Assembly: GCA_934432725.1 (NCBI GenBank)
Contig: CAKRZE010000013.1
Location: 6,085-70,084 of the forward strand
Length of the DNA stretch: 64,000 bases
From: an uncultured Eubacteriales bacterium
Lineage (GTDB): Bacteria; Bacillota; Clostridia; Oscillospirales; CAG-272
Direction: 5' to 3'
Made by a program: the position numbers and the translations under genes. This document shows, piece after piece, positions 20,599 to 30,167 of this stretch; the first letter of the stretch is position 1; each line of letters begins with the position of its first letter. The notes under the pieces are model-generated. The model was not told where the DNA came from. It saw only the letters and a program-made list of their open reading frames with translations, and ran no database searches.

Positions 20599-21438
20599 GT
20601 GCTTCCGGATATACGGGAGCAGAGGTATGACACGATGGACAGAGCAACCGAAGCCGCCCTTTTGCAGGCGGGCGTCACACCGGATGAGGAGCTTTTCTTT
20701 TTGCCGTTGTCACGGCATGCGTTTCCGCGCGAGCTTTTTCTGAGCGTGCGCACGAAGGCTGACTATTATGCGGCGGCTCAGCGCTATCGGATGGATATTC
20801 TGATGGCATATGCGGAAAAGGGCGTGCGGTTTGTTTCAACCGACGGTGTTGTGATCTGCCCGACCGCCTTGATCGGGGAGGGAACCGTGATTTACCCGAA
20901 CGTTCAGATCAAGGATGGCGTTGTGATCGGCAGGGACTGCGAGATTACTGCCGGTTCTGTGATATCCGGCTGTACGGTGGGGAACGGCTGCCATATCAAT
21001 GCCACACAGATGTACGATTCGGTTTTGGATGACGGTGTGAAGATCGGACCGTTTTCTCACGTCAGACCCGGGACGCATCTGCATGCGGGCGTCAAGGTCG
21101 GGGACTTTGTGGAGTTCAAGAATGCCGATGTTGGGGCGGGAACCAAGGTGGCTCACCTGACCTATGTCGGGGATGCGGATGTCGGAGAGGATGTAAATTT
21201 CGGCTGCGGTACGGTCGTTTCCAACTATGACGGAAGGAACAAGTACCGCACGGTGATCGGCAGCCATGCCTTCATCGGCTGCAACACTAACCTGATTGCC
21301 CCCGTCACGGTCGGAGACGGTGCCTATACGGCTGCCGGCTCTACCATCACCGACGGAGTTCCGGAGGGAGCGCTCGGCATTGCGCGTGCGAGACAGGTGA
21401 ATCTGGAGGGCTGGGTAAAGCGGAAATTCGGCAAATAA
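20599..21438 (+). CDS. glmU: GlmU-like protein retaining only the C-terminal LbH acetyltransferase domain (N-terminal uridyltransferase half absent)
   Basis: Hexapeptide repeats and ...AHLTYVGDADVGEDVNFGCGTVVSNYDGRNKYRTVIG...GSTIT match the GlmU C-terminus. Resemblance begins only around GlmU residue 190. The true start may be the ATG at 20635. Confidence 0.75.
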   Translation: MLPDIREQRYDTMDRATEAALLQAGVTPDEELFFLPLSRHAFPRELFLSVRTKADYYAAAQRYRMDILMAYAEKGVRFVSTDGVVICPTALIGEGTVIYPNVQIKDGVVIGRDCEITAGSVISGCTVGNGCHINATQMYDSVLDDGVKIGPFSHVRPGTHLHAGVKVGDFVEFKNADVGAGTKVAHLTYVGDADVGEDVNFGCGTVVSNYDGRNKYRTVIGSHAFIGCNTNLIAPVTVGDGAYTAAGSTITDGVPEGALGIARARQVNLEGWVKRKFGK

Positions 21439-21597
21439 GGGCGGGGATGCGCCGGAAGCGGTCGTGTCTGAAGATCTCTGCACGGCTGTTTCCGAGCGGG
21501 ATATTATGGTGCTGTTCGTTCCGCGTGTGCTCCGGACAGGGCGCCGCTGCGGCGCTTCGCTCTTCTTCTGCGCCGCGTGGAGAACTGCGAAAATCAG

Positions 21598-22060
21598 GGA
21601 ATTCCTTCCTGCTTTTCCGGAAACGTTCGGTGCGGGTTTCGCATTCTGCGCTTGGGGGCGCCGGAAGCAAGCCTTTTGCGGGATACTCCGTGCGGAACGG
21701 TCCGCATAAGGCTTGGCAGTCCCCGGCGCGGCGTTTTGCCGTGTGTGCTGCCTGACGGCATCGCTGAAGCGTCCGTACAGGCGTGCGCTTTTGTTTCATG
21801 GCACAATCCGTGCTGGATTGCTTGTGAAAAGCTCCGGGCTCGGCAGCTCCGGCGCGGCGTTTTGCCGTGTGTGCTGCCTGACGGCATCGCTGAAGCGTCC
21901 GTGCAGGCGTGCGCTTTTGTTTCATGGCACAATCCGTGCTGGATTGCTTGTGAAAAGCTCCGGGCTTGGCAGCCCCTACGCGGCGTTTTGCCGTGTGCTG
22001 TCCGACAGTGCCGCAAAAGTGTCCTTGCAGGCGTGCGCTTTTGCCTGAATGGCAGTAATT
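21598..22060. repeat. 126-bp tandem repeat: two near-identical units plus diverged flanking units
   Basis: Units 21724-21849 and 21850-21975 are almost identical. A diverged third unit starts near 21979 and a weak unit lies upstream. Each unit contains the small hairpins TGCCGT..ACGGCA and CAATCC-GTGCT-GGATTG. No coding signal is visible. Confidence 0.8.
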
Positions 22061-22107
22061 CTATTTCTATATATTTGACGCAGATTTGATTCGGAGGAGT
22101 AAGCAGT

Positions 22108-22734
22108 ATGGGCATGTTTGATGCGTTTAGAAAGAAGACCGGGGGAGCGGGGACGGTGCTGCGGGGTCCGGTGACGGAGCTCATTGTCGGCTTGGGCAAT
22201 CCGGGAGATAAGTATGCCATGACCCGGCACAATATCGGATTTATGACGGTTTCCGCGCTGGCGGATGCTTACGGTGCGGAGCTTGGCAGGGCAAAGTTTC
22301 ATGCACTGTGCGGGGACTGCGTGATCGGGGAAAAGCATGTTCTTCTGATGCTGCCGCAGACCTTTATGAACAATTCCGGAGAGGCGGTGCGGGAAGCGGC
22401 TTCGTTTTACCACATTGCTCCGGAGCATGTTTTTGTCATATGCGATGACATCAATCTGGATTCCGGAAAGCTGCGGATCCGCAGAAGCGGTTCTGCGGGC
22501 GGACATAACGGATTGAAATCCATTATATACCATCTGAATTCCGAGGCGTTTCCGCGTATCAGGATCGGAGTCGGAAAAAAGCCGGAGCATTTTGATCTTG
22601 CCGACTGGGTTCTGTCGGTGTTTCCGGAGCAGGAGCGTCCGCTTCTGAAGGATGCGGCGGGACGGGCTATGGAGGCTCTTCCTTTGCTTCTGGAGGATCA
22701 GTTTGACAGGGCAATGGGGCTTTACAACGGCTGA
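22108..22734 (+). CDS. pth: peptidyl-tRNA hydrolase
   Basis: LIVGLGNPGDKYAMTRHNIGF...GGHNGLKSI. GGAGGAG lies 8 nt upstream of the ATG. There is a roughly 24-aa N-terminal extension relative to typical Pth. Confidence 0.93.
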   Translation: MGMFDAFRKKTGGAGTVLRGPVTELIVGLGNPGDKYAMTRHNIGFMTVSALADAYGAELGRAKFHALCGDCVIGEKHVLLMLPQTFMNNSGEAVREAASFYHIAPEHVFVICDDINLDSGKLRIRRSGSAGGHNGLKSIIYHLNSEAFPRIRIGVGKKPEHFDLADWVLSVFPEQERPLLKDAAGRAMEALPLLLEDQFDRAMGLYNG

Positions 22735-22972
22735 CGGCACGGGTCGCCGCGCCTTTGAACCTGTGCAGCCGGGGATAGATGCCTCTCCGGTTTGCCGGGG
22801 GCGGAATGCGTCCGCCGAGTCCGGGACGCCAACAGCGCATTCGGATACTGCCGACAGAAGCGCGGAGCGCTGCGGGGACGGCGGCTTTTCCGTTTGCGCC
22901 GGGCGCTCTTTTGGGCGGTGCCGTATCCGGCGCGCACAGCCTGACTGCTTTTCAGAAAGGACGAATTGATAT

Positions 22973-25900
22973 ATGGAGCTTTTGACCGGGAGAATTCGGG
23001 AGGAGCGGGAATACCGCAGCATACTGGAAACACTGTCTGCGCAGAACAAGGCGCTTCATCCGCACCCCATGCAGCTGACCGGCTTGTGCGAGGGTGCCAG
23101 AATTACGGTTGTCGCCGCGCTGATCCGGGATATCCGCGCCATGTGCGGGCGCTGTCCCCTGATTCTGGTGCCTGACGAACGCGGAGCGCTGCGGCTGGCA
23201 CAGGGGCTGGAGGAGCTTGGGCTTCAGCCGAAAACGTACCCGTACCGGGATTTTATGTTTCATCCCGTTGTATCCTCTCACGAATATGAGCAGGAGCGGC
23301 TTGCGGTTTTGTCCGGCGTGCTGTCGGGAAAGCCGGATGCTGTCATTGCAGTTCCCGATGCGGCGCTGCAGTTTACCATGCCGCGCGCCGTCCTGAAATC
23401 CCTTACCCGGGAGATACGAAAGGACGCTCCCTGCGATCTGGATGAGCTGATCCGGTTTCTTTTGGCGTCCGGATACGTCCGCTGCGATCCGGTGGACGGG
23501 GTGGGACAGTTCGCCGTGCGCGGCGGGATTGTGGACATTTATCCGCCGCAGTGCGATGAGCCGGTCAGAATGGAGCTGTTTGGAGACGAGATTGACCAGA
23601 TGGGCTTTTTCGATATCCTGACACAGCGCAAGACGGAGAGCTGCGACCGCTTTTTCATTACGCCGGCGCGGGAAATCGTTGTGACGGATGAAATGCGGAG
23701 CCGGCTTGCCGAGGTGATCCGCACGCTCCGGAAACGCGCGGGAGACGGGCAGCCGTCCGATTCCTTCAAAACGGAGCTTTCCGAGCTTGAGGCGGGCGGA
23801 GAGCTTACGTTCCTTGACAAGTACATTTCGCTTCTGTATCCGCAGAAGGAATGCCTGCTGGACTATTTTCCGCAGAATGTTCCTTTTATTCTTCTGGAGA
23901 GCAGCGGGGTCAGGGACCGGCTGGAGAGCGCCGAATGGCACGAAAAGCAGAACCTTGAGACGCTGCTGGAGGAAAAAGCCATATCGCCGCAGCTTGCGCA
24001 GTATGCTGCATGGAAGAGCGATTTTGAGGAGTGGGTTCAGGGCAGAAGCGGCGTGATTGCGGATGCCATTGCAGGGTCTTTGGGGGATCTGCAGCTTTCC
24101 GGGCTGTTCAGCATGACGACACGGCAGACGGTTTCCTACGCGGACTCCTTTGAGCTTCTTTCCGAGGATCTGCGCATGTACCGGCGGACGGATTTTTCCA
24201 CGGTGCTTCTGTGCGAGAACGATGTGATGGCGAAAAATCTGCAGGCAATGCTCTCGGAGAAGGAGAACATCACAGCCTCCGTTGTGCATGCGGGGGAGGA
24301 GCCTGCGGGAAACGGTCCGTGGATCCTTACGGGGGTCTGCATCCCCGGCTTTGAGCTTCCCGCTTCCCGGTTTGCCGTGCTTTCCCTGTACGCGGCAAGG
24401 AGCACGGGCGCAAGAGTCCGTTCCGCGGCAAGAAAAAAGAAAAGCAAAAAGTCCGCGCAGGAGCGGATCATGTCCTATGCCGATCTGACGCCGGGCGATT
24501 ATGTGGTGCATGACGTCCACGGCATCGGAATCTATCAGGGGCTTCAGACCGTCACGGTGGATGGCATTACCCGCGATTTCGTGAAAATCAAATATGCAGG
24601 CAAGGACATGCTGTATCTGCCCTGCAATCAGCTGGATGCCATTTCGAAATATATCGGCGCCGGAGCGGAGGACGGCACGCTGAAGCTCTCCCGCATGGGC
24701 GGAGCCGAGTGGGGAAAGGCAAAGGCGAGGGTCAGAGCCGCGGCAAAGGAAATGGCAAAGGAACTGATCGCGCTGTATGCGGAGCGTCAGCGGAAGGAGG
24801 GCTTTGCCTTTGAGCGGGACGATGAAATGCAGGCGGCGTTCGAGGAATCGTTTGCCTATGAGGAGACCGACGGACAGCTTGCCGCCGTGAACGAGATCAA
24901 GCGCGATATGGAGAGCAGGCGTCCGATGGAACGCCTTTTGTGCGGGGACGTCGGCTTCGGGAAGACAGAGGTCGCGCTGCGCGCCGCGTTCAAGGCGGTG
25001 CAGAGCGGGAAGCAGGTCGCTGTTCTGGTGCCGACAACGATTCTTGCAATGCAGCACTACCAGACCTTTCTTGCCCGCATGCGCGGATTTCCTGTCAATG
25101 TGGATATGGTGTCCCGCTTCCGTTCAGCAAAGCAGCAGGCAGAGACCCTGCGGAGGCTGCGGCGCGGTGAGGTGGATATTTTAGTCGGAACACACCGGCT
25201 TTTGTCCCGCGATGTGGAGTTCAGGGACCTCGGACTGGTGATCGTCGATGAAGAGCAGCGCTTCGGGGTTTCGGCAAAGGAAAAGCTGAAGCAGCTTACC
25301 AAGAATGTGGATGTCCTGACGCTGACCGCAACGCCGATCCCGCGAACGCTGAATATGGCGATGAGCGGGATCCGGGATATGTCAATTCTGGAGGAGGCGC
25401 CGGGAGACCGCGTTCCGGTGCAGACCTATGTTCTGGAATACGACGACCTGATCATTGCGGAGGCGATCCGGAAGGAGCTGCGGCGCGGCGGGCAGGTGTT
25501 CTATCTGTACAACCGCGTGGAGACACTGGATATGGCTGCCGCGCGGGTCAGGCAAATGGCTCCCGATGCGAGGATCGCAATGGCGCACGGGCAGATGGAC
25601 AGGGAAGAGCTCTCCGACATCTGGCGCAGCATGCTTGACGGGGACACGGATATCCTCATCAGTACGACGATCATCGAATCCGGCGTGGATGTGCCGAATG
25701 CCAATACGCTGATTGTGGAGCATGCGGACAAATTCGGGCTGTCTCAGCTTCATCAGCTCCGCGGTCGTGTGGGGCGGTCCGCAAGGCGGGCATATGCGTA
25801 TTTTACGTATCCGAAGGGAATGGCGCTGAGCGATATTGCGCAGAAACGGCTTTCCGCCATGCGGGAATATACGGAATTCGGCTCCGGCTTCCGGATCGCG

Positions 25901-26491
25901 CTGCGGGATCTGGAGATACGCGGCGCGGGCAACCTCCTCGGCGCGGAGCAGCACGGGCACATTGAGTCTGTGGGATACGATCTCTATATGCGGCTTCTGA
26001 ACGAGGCGGTTCTGGAGGAAAAGGGCGAAAAGCCGAAGCCGAAGACAGAGTGTACGGTTGACCTCAATATCAATGCCTATATTCCGGAGAGCTATATTCA
26101 CAGCACGGCGCAAAGGATTGAGGCATACAAGAAGATCGCCCTGATCGAAAACGACGGGGATTTCGGCGATATTGTGGATGAAATGCTGGATCGCTACGGG
26201 AATGTGCCGCAGACCGTGTCCGATCTGATCCAGATATCCTATATCCGTCAGCTTGCGGGAAACGCGCAGATGACGCGGGTGGAAAACAAGGGCGGCTCTA
26301 TCCTGATTTATCCGGAGCGGATGCGCCCGGACATCTGGTCAAGGCTCGCTGCGGAATACCCGGGAAAGCTGTTTGTCAATATGAGCGTTTCGCCTTATAT
26401 CGCGTACCGGTTCCGCAAAAACGAATTTCCTCTGGACTTTCTGATCGCATTGTTTAAAAAATATATACAAATCCGGAACGAAACGGTGTAG
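22973..26491 (+). CDS. mfd: transcription-repair coupling factor
   Basis: 1172 aa with a UvrB-like N-terminus, CarD-like domain, DEAD/DEAH helicase motifs (GDVGFGKTEV, DEEQRFG) and TRG/TRCF C-terminus. It follows pth as in most Firmicutes. Confidence 0.97.
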   Translation: MELLTGRIREEREYRSILETLSAQNKALHPHPMQLTGLCEGARITVVAALIRDIRAMCGRCPLILVPDERGALRLAQGLEELGLQPKTYPYRDFMFHPVVSSHEYEQERLAVLSGVLSGKPDAVIAVPDAALQFTMPRAVLKSLTREIRKDAPCDLDELIRFLLASGYVRCDPVDGVGQFAVRGGIVDIYPPQCDEPVRMELFGDEIDQMGFFDILTQRKTESCDRFFITPAREIVVTDEMRSRLAEVIRTLRKRAGDGQPSDSFKTELSELEAGGELTFLDKYISLLYPQKECLLDYFPQNVPFILLESSGVRDRLESAEWHEKQNLETLLEEKAISPQLAQYAAWKSDFEEWVQGRSGVIADAIAGSLGDLQLSGLFSMTTRQTVSYADSFELLSEDLRMYRRTDFSTVLLCENDVMAKNLQAMLSEKENITASVVHAGEEPAGNGPWILTGVCIPGFELPASRFAVLSLYAARSTGARVRSAARKKKSKKSAQERIMSYADLTPGDYVVHDVHGIGIYQGLQTVTVDGITRDFVKIKYAGKDMLYLPCNQLDAISKYIGAGAEDGTLKLSRMGGAEWGKAKARVRAAAKEMAKELIALYAERQRKEGFAFERDDEMQAAFEESFAYEETDGQLAAVNEIKRDMESRRPMERLLCGDVGFGKTEVALRAAFKAVQSGKQVAVLVPTTILAMQHYQTFLARMRGFPVNVDMVSRFRSAKQQAETLRRLRRGEVDILVGTHRLLSRDVEFRDLGLVIVDEEQRFGVSAKEKLKQLTKNVDVLTLTATPIPRTLNMAMSGIRDMSILEEAPGDRVPVQTYVLEYDDLIIAEAIRKELRRGGQVFYLYNRVETLDMAAARVRQMAPDARIAMAHGQMDREELSDIWRSMLDGDTDILISTTIIESGVDVPNANTLIVEHADKFGLSQLHQLRGRVGRSARRAYAYFTYPKGMALSDIAQKRLSAMREYTEFGSGFRIALRDLEIRGAGNLLGAEQHGHIESVGYDLYMRLLNEAVLEEKGEKPKPKTECTVDLNINAYIPESYIHSTAQRIEAYKKIALIENDGDFGDIVDEMLDRYGNVPQTVSDLIQISYIRQLAGNAQMTRVENKGGSILIYPERMRPDIWSRLAAEYPGKLFVNMSVSPYIAYRFRKNEFPLDFLIALFKKYIQIRNETV

Positions 26492-26579
26492 AAAAATGCG
26501 CGTTTTTGCTGTAAAATAAAATATCATGCTTTGCGGATCTCCGCGCTTGCGGACGGTCCGACAGAAAGGAAATGAAGCC

Positions 26580-27692
26580 GTGAAAAAATTATTATGTCTG
26601 CTTCTTGCCGCTGCGGCGTGCATGGGATGCCTGCTTCTTGCCGGCTGCTCCGCGGGGGGCGGGGAAACCGTGATGGAGTATCGCGGTTATAAGATTACGG
26701 CGCCGATGTATCAGTACTTTTCGGCTACGCTCAAGGCGAATATCCTGAAGGCAAGCGGGGTAAAGGATTCGGATGAATTCTGGGATACCGAGGTGACGGA
26801 CGGAGTGACTGCCGAGACGTACTATACCGAGATGCTTGACAGACGGGTCAAAAATCTGTGCATTTCAGAGTATCTGTTCCGGTATTACGGACTGAAGCTG
26901 GAGGACAGTGTGAAAAAGTCCATCGAGGACGATATCAACGAAAAAATAGAATATTACGGCGGCAGAGCTGCATTGAACGAGGCGCTTGCAACGCTGGGAA
27001 TCAACATCAGCATTCTGAAGGAAATCTATACGATTGAGGAAAAGCAGAGCGCAGTATACAGCTATCTGTTCGGGGACGGCGGCTCGATGGAGCCGGATGA
27101 CAGCGAGGTGGAGGAGTACTATCGGTCAAACTACTCGCGGATGTACTATATCGTCCTTTATACGACAAAGCCCGTCAAGGACTCCGAGGGCAACTACATT
27201 TACGATACGGACGGATCGTGGAAAACCGAGCAGATGACCGAAGAGGAGATCGCTGCGGTCAAGGAAAAGGCACAGACGCTTTTCCATGAGGCGGAGGAGG
27301 GGGACGATGCCCTGTTCGTCTCGCTGATGAAAGAAAATTCGGATTTCGATATTCTGACCAATTATCCGAACGGGCTGTTTGTGTCTGCCAACGAATATGA
27401 GACCTACGGCGCGAAAATTGTGAATCTGCTTGGGGAGATGAAGCCGGGCGATGTCAGAACGTTTGAAGAGTCCTATTCCGTATGGATCCTCCGCAAGCTT
27501 GAACTGACGGAGTATTCGGAGCTTTCCGATACGGATATCAAGCAGCTCTCCTCGCTTGCGGCGTACACGGCGCAGAAAAAATATACGCAGTATTTTGATG
27601 AGATCGGCAAAGAGGTGTCGGTTTCCGATTCCGTGAAGCAGGAGTACGGACTCAGGCGGGTGGAGGCAAGCCGCATGGCTTCGTCCGTCTGA
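26580..27692 (+). CDS. lipoprotein, possibly a PrsA/SurA-N-like foldase
   Basis: GTG at 26580 followed by KKLLCLLLAAAACMGCLLLAGC (lipobox). The position after mfd matches the foldase-like lipoproteins of Clostridia. No clear parvulin motif was seen. Confidence 0.55.
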   Translation: MKKLLCLLLAAAACMGCLLLAGCSAGGGETVMEYRGYKITAPMYQYFSATLKANILKASGVKDSDEFWDTEVTDGVTAETYYTEMLDRRVKNLCISEYLFRYYGLKLEDSVKKSIEDDINEKIEYYGGRAALNEALATLGINISILKEIYTIEEKQSAVYSYLFGDGGSMEPDDSEVEEYYRSNYSRMYYIVLYTTKPVKDSEGNYIYDTDGSWKTEQMTEEEIAAVKEKAQTLFHEAEEGDDALFVSLMKENSDFDILTNYPNGLFVSANEYETYGAKIVNLLGEMKPGDVRTFEESYSVWILRKLELTEYSELSDTDIKQLSSLAAYTAQKKYTQYFDEIGKEVSVSDSVKQEYGLRRVEASRMASSV

Positions 27693-27751
27693 CAAAATAA
27701 TGCGGGAATAAACGCTCCGGTGCGTATTGCCCGGGAAAAGGAGAACGACGT

Positions 27752-28543
27752 ATGCTGCCTGTTCGAATTGTGACATATAATCTCAGAATGAATACACCGC
27801 ATGACGGAGAGAATTCATTTGACAACCGAAAGAAGCTGATTCGCGAAAAATTGCTCGGGACAGAGCCGAAGCCGGATATATTCTGCTTTCAGGAGGCTCT
27901 GCCGGACATGCTGCAATGGCTGAAGGAGCTCCTAGGAGAGCAGTATGCTTCGGTCGGATTCGGGAGAATGGCGGATTTTGGCGATGAGGCTAACCCGATC
28001 TTCTTCCGGAGAGAGCGCTTCTGCCTGCACGGGTTTGAGCAGATCTGGCTCTCTCCCACGCCGTATGAGCCGGGAAGCCGCTTTCCGCAGCAGAGTCTCT
28101 GCCCGCGTATTTGCGTCTGCGCGGTGCTGAAGCCGTCGGACGGTGCTCCGATCCGTGTGTTCAATACGCATCTGGACAACCCGCCGGAGGCGGAGGCAGC
28201 CCGCATGGAGGGGCTTAAGCTGATTTTTCACTTCATTGCGGAGCAGAACGCCAAGCGCGACATGCCCTTTGTGCTGACCGGGGATTTCAATGCCGTGCCC
28301 GATTCGGAAACGCTTCGGCTGGTATATGATAACCGCGACCTGCATCTGAAGGATGTTACGGCAGATATACCGGTGTCTTACCATGCCTATGGAAACGAGC
28401 CTCCGGTGAAAATAGACTATATTCTTGTGCCGGAGAAAGCGCGGGTAGGGGAGGTTTCGGCATGGAAGGATTATGACGGGGTGCATTATCTCTCCGATCA
28501 CTATCCGATCGAAGCGGAAATCATTTCTTTTTCCGAAGAGTAA
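27752..28543 (+). CDS. endonuclease/exonuclease/phosphatase (EEP) family protein
   Basis: VTYNLR...FCFQE...LTGDFNAVPDSE...LSDHYPIEAEI are the EEP catalytic motifs. Confidence 0.85.
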   Translation: MLPVRIVTYNLRMNTPHDGENSFDNRKKLIREKLLGTEPKPDIFCFQEALPDMLQWLKELLGEQYASVGFGRMADFGDEANPIFFRRERFCLHGFEQIWLSPTPYEPGSRFPQQSLCPRICVCAVLKPSDGAPIRVFNTHLDNPPEAEAARMEGLKLIFHFIAEQNAKRDMPFVLTGDFNAVPDSETLRLVYDNRDLHLKDVTADIPVSYHAYGNEPPVKIDYILVPEKARVGEVSAWKDYDGVHYLSDHYPIEAEIISFSEE

Positions 28544-28674
28544 GGGAAAATGCCGGGTTTTTCGCTATATGAGGGCTGTCGATGCGCGGCAGCCTTCTCT
28601 GCTTACGGAATCAAGCTTTCTGAGAGGGTCCAGTCAGACTGTGGATAATAAAATAATATTTTTTTGCTTTTTGT

Positions 28675-28703
28675 ATTGACAAACACGGATGATTGTGGTA
28701 AAA
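28675..28703 (+). promoter_or_regulatory. sigma-A-type promoter of tRNA-Ser
   Basis: TTGACA, a 17-nt spacer, then TAAAAT, about 28 nt before the tRNA 5' end. Confidence 0.5.
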
Positions 28704-28731
28704 TATAAAACGTTGTAGGGCAGATTGCCAT

Positions 28732-28823
28732 GGAGAGATGGCTGAGCTGGTCTAAGGCGCACGACTGGAAATCGTGTAACGGCTAATACCCGTTCAAGAG
28801 TTCGAATCTCTTTCTCTCCGCCA
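28732..28823 (+). tRNA. tRNA-Ser (anticodon GGA), CCA encoded
   Basis: 92 nt with acceptor GGAGAGA/TCTCTCC, anticodon stem CACGA/TCGTG with loop CTGGAAA, a long variable arm and T-arm GAGTTCGAATCTC. Confidence 0.9.
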
Positions 28824-28827
28824 CAAC
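28765..28827 (+). repeat. att core, copy 1 (inside tRNA-Ser: anticodon loop to 3' end plus 4 nt)
   Basis: 63 bp identical to 33173-33235. Confidence 0.85.
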
Positions 28828-28837
28828 AAAACAGGAA

Positions 28838-28862
28838 GGAACGGTTTTCACCGTTCCTTTTT
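28838..28862 (+). terminator. rho-independent terminator after tRNA-Ser
   Basis: GGAACGG-TTTTCA-CCGTTCC followed by TTTTT. The same structure recurs at about 33246-33270. Confidence 0.7.
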
Positions 28863-28874
28863 GTGTCTGTCATA

Positions 28875-29024
28875 TCATAGTCCACCCAGCTTCAGCAACA
28901 GTATTCCAATCAGCAGATAAATTTCGCCGATAGTCAGGGCAATGAAAAAAAGCTTTATCTGCTCCCGTTTCGGTGCTTTCTCCAAGAATTCGAAAAGCTG
29001 TTCCCAAAACTGCACAATGCGCAT
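28875..29024 (-). CDS. small hydrophobic protein (49 aa), element cargo
   Basis: Below the track cutoff. AGGAGG lies 9 nt before the ATG at 29024. Translation MRIVQFWEQLFEFLEKAPKREQIKLFFIALTIGEIYLLIGILLLKLGGL has one C-terminal TM helix. Confidence 0.4.
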   Translation of the reverse strand: MRIVQFWEQLFEFLEKAPKREQIKLFFIALTIGEIYLLIGILLLKLGGL

Positions 29025-29044
29025 TTTCATTTTCCTCCTGCAAT

Positions 29045-29302
29045 TCAAATCAAATCATATTTACCACACCTATCAAGCTGAAAAGTCGGGACTATTATTT
29101 CGTAACCGTTAATTTCATAATAAGACCGAGAAGAATAATAGCACCGCTTTTCTTTCCAATCGATATGATAACACCTATCCCCTTTTTCGCGCTCGTTCCA
29201 GTAAGTGCGCCATACGTTAATATCTTTTCTAATGCAAAAAGAAATTAATTTTCCGTATTCTTCTATTCCGGTTATCAAAAACGCTCTTTTCTTCTCATGC
29301 AT
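29045..29302 (-). CDS. hypothetical protein (85 aa), element cargo
   Basis: AT-rich ORF directly downstream of int with no recognisable motif. Confidence 0.45.
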   Translation of the reverse strand: MHEKKRAFLITGIEEYGKLISFCIRKDINVWRTYWNEREKGDRCYHIDWKEKRCYYSSRSYYEINGYEIIVPTFQLDRCGKYDLI

Positions 29303-29303
29303 A

Positions 29304-30167
29304 TTATTTTCCTCCCACGATCTGCACGCATGCTTCTTGCAGTCCTATTGTCGGATGACTGTATATATCCAATGTCACACTAACGGAAGAATGTCCGAGA
29401 ACGCTTTGTACGATCTTTGGATTAATTCCGTGATTCAGCATCATTGTTGCGTAGCTGTGCCGGAGGTCATGAAAGCGAACGCGCGGGAAGCCGTAACGCC
29501 GAAGCACCGCCTGCAAGGCTTTGTCAAGGATTGCCGGAGTAAGCCCGTCAAGATATTCCTGCGTTGCGTGCGTTTGAAATATGCTCCGGTGCGGTTCTGC
29601 GATCAATATAACACGCTGGGAGCGTTTTGTTTTGCACGGGGTAATGACATCATTCCCATGCACAACCGTGCGTGTGCGCGAAATTTTGAGCGTTCCCGTG
29701 CGTTTGTCGTAATCCGTGTATATGTTGATGCCGAGGACTTCACCGCGCCGGAGACCGTAGCAGAGTGCCATGACGAGCGGCGCATGCATGCATGTCCCGC
29801 GCGTGACGGCAAGCAGGCGCGTGATCTGATCCTCTGTCAGCGTTACATAATTGTAAGCCTGCACCTTTGGCATGTCATAGCGCCCGAACACATTGTTTTC
29901 CGTCCATCCGCGCTTGATGCTCCAATTCATGAGTTTCCGGAGCGTGGAAAGAGCGTAAACGACAGTGCGCGTTTTATAGCCGTTTTCCCGCATGCGCTGC
30001 GCAATTACATCAAGATCATTTACCGTAATCTGATCAAGGTCACAGCCGCCGAGGGAGGGAAGCACATGCAATTTCATGTTTGTCATGTATCCTTCTGCCG
30101 TTGTCGGTCGTAACCGTGTTTCTATGTAGCCTTTCCGGAATGCGTCATATGCTGTTTGCAATGTCAT
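29304..30167 (-). CDS. tyrosine-type site-specific integrase
   Basis: ...GLRRGEVLGI..., HDLRHSYATMML and LGHSSVSVTLDIYSH give the R...HxxR...H...Y catalytic set. The ATG at 30167 overlaps the rep stop (ATGA) and has AAGGAG upstream. Confidence 0.9.
   Translation of the reverse strand: MTLQTAYDAFRKGYIETRLRPTTAEGYMTNMKLHVLPSLGGCDLDQITVNDLDVIAQRMRENGYKTRTVVYALSTLRKLMNWSIKRGWTENNVFGRYDMPKVQAYNYVTLTEDQITRLLAVTRGTCMHAPLVMALCYGLRRGEVLGINIYTDYDKRTGTLKISRTRTVVHGNDVITPCKTKRSQRVILIAEPHRSIFQTHATQEYLDGLTPAILDKALQAVLRRYGFPRVRFHDLRHSYATMMLNHGINPKIVQSVLGHSSVSVTLDIYSHPTIGLQEACVQIVGGK

Noticed and set aside
21598-22060. Possible CRISPR array
   Set aside because: The units are 126 bp and directly abutting, with no unique spacers between short repeats. 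No cas genes are present in the window.
22952-25057. 701-aa ORF on the - strand
   Set aside because: It is antisense to mfd, Arg/Leu/Pro-rich, and a shadow ORF.
28634-28885. 83-aa - ORF (and its twin at 33063..33293)
   Set aside because: It runs straight through tRNA-Ser (or, for the twin, the att copy and terminator), so it is an artefact.
29205-30113. 302-aa + ORF
   Set aside because: It is antisense to the integrase gene, which has the full R-HxxR-H-Y catalytic set.
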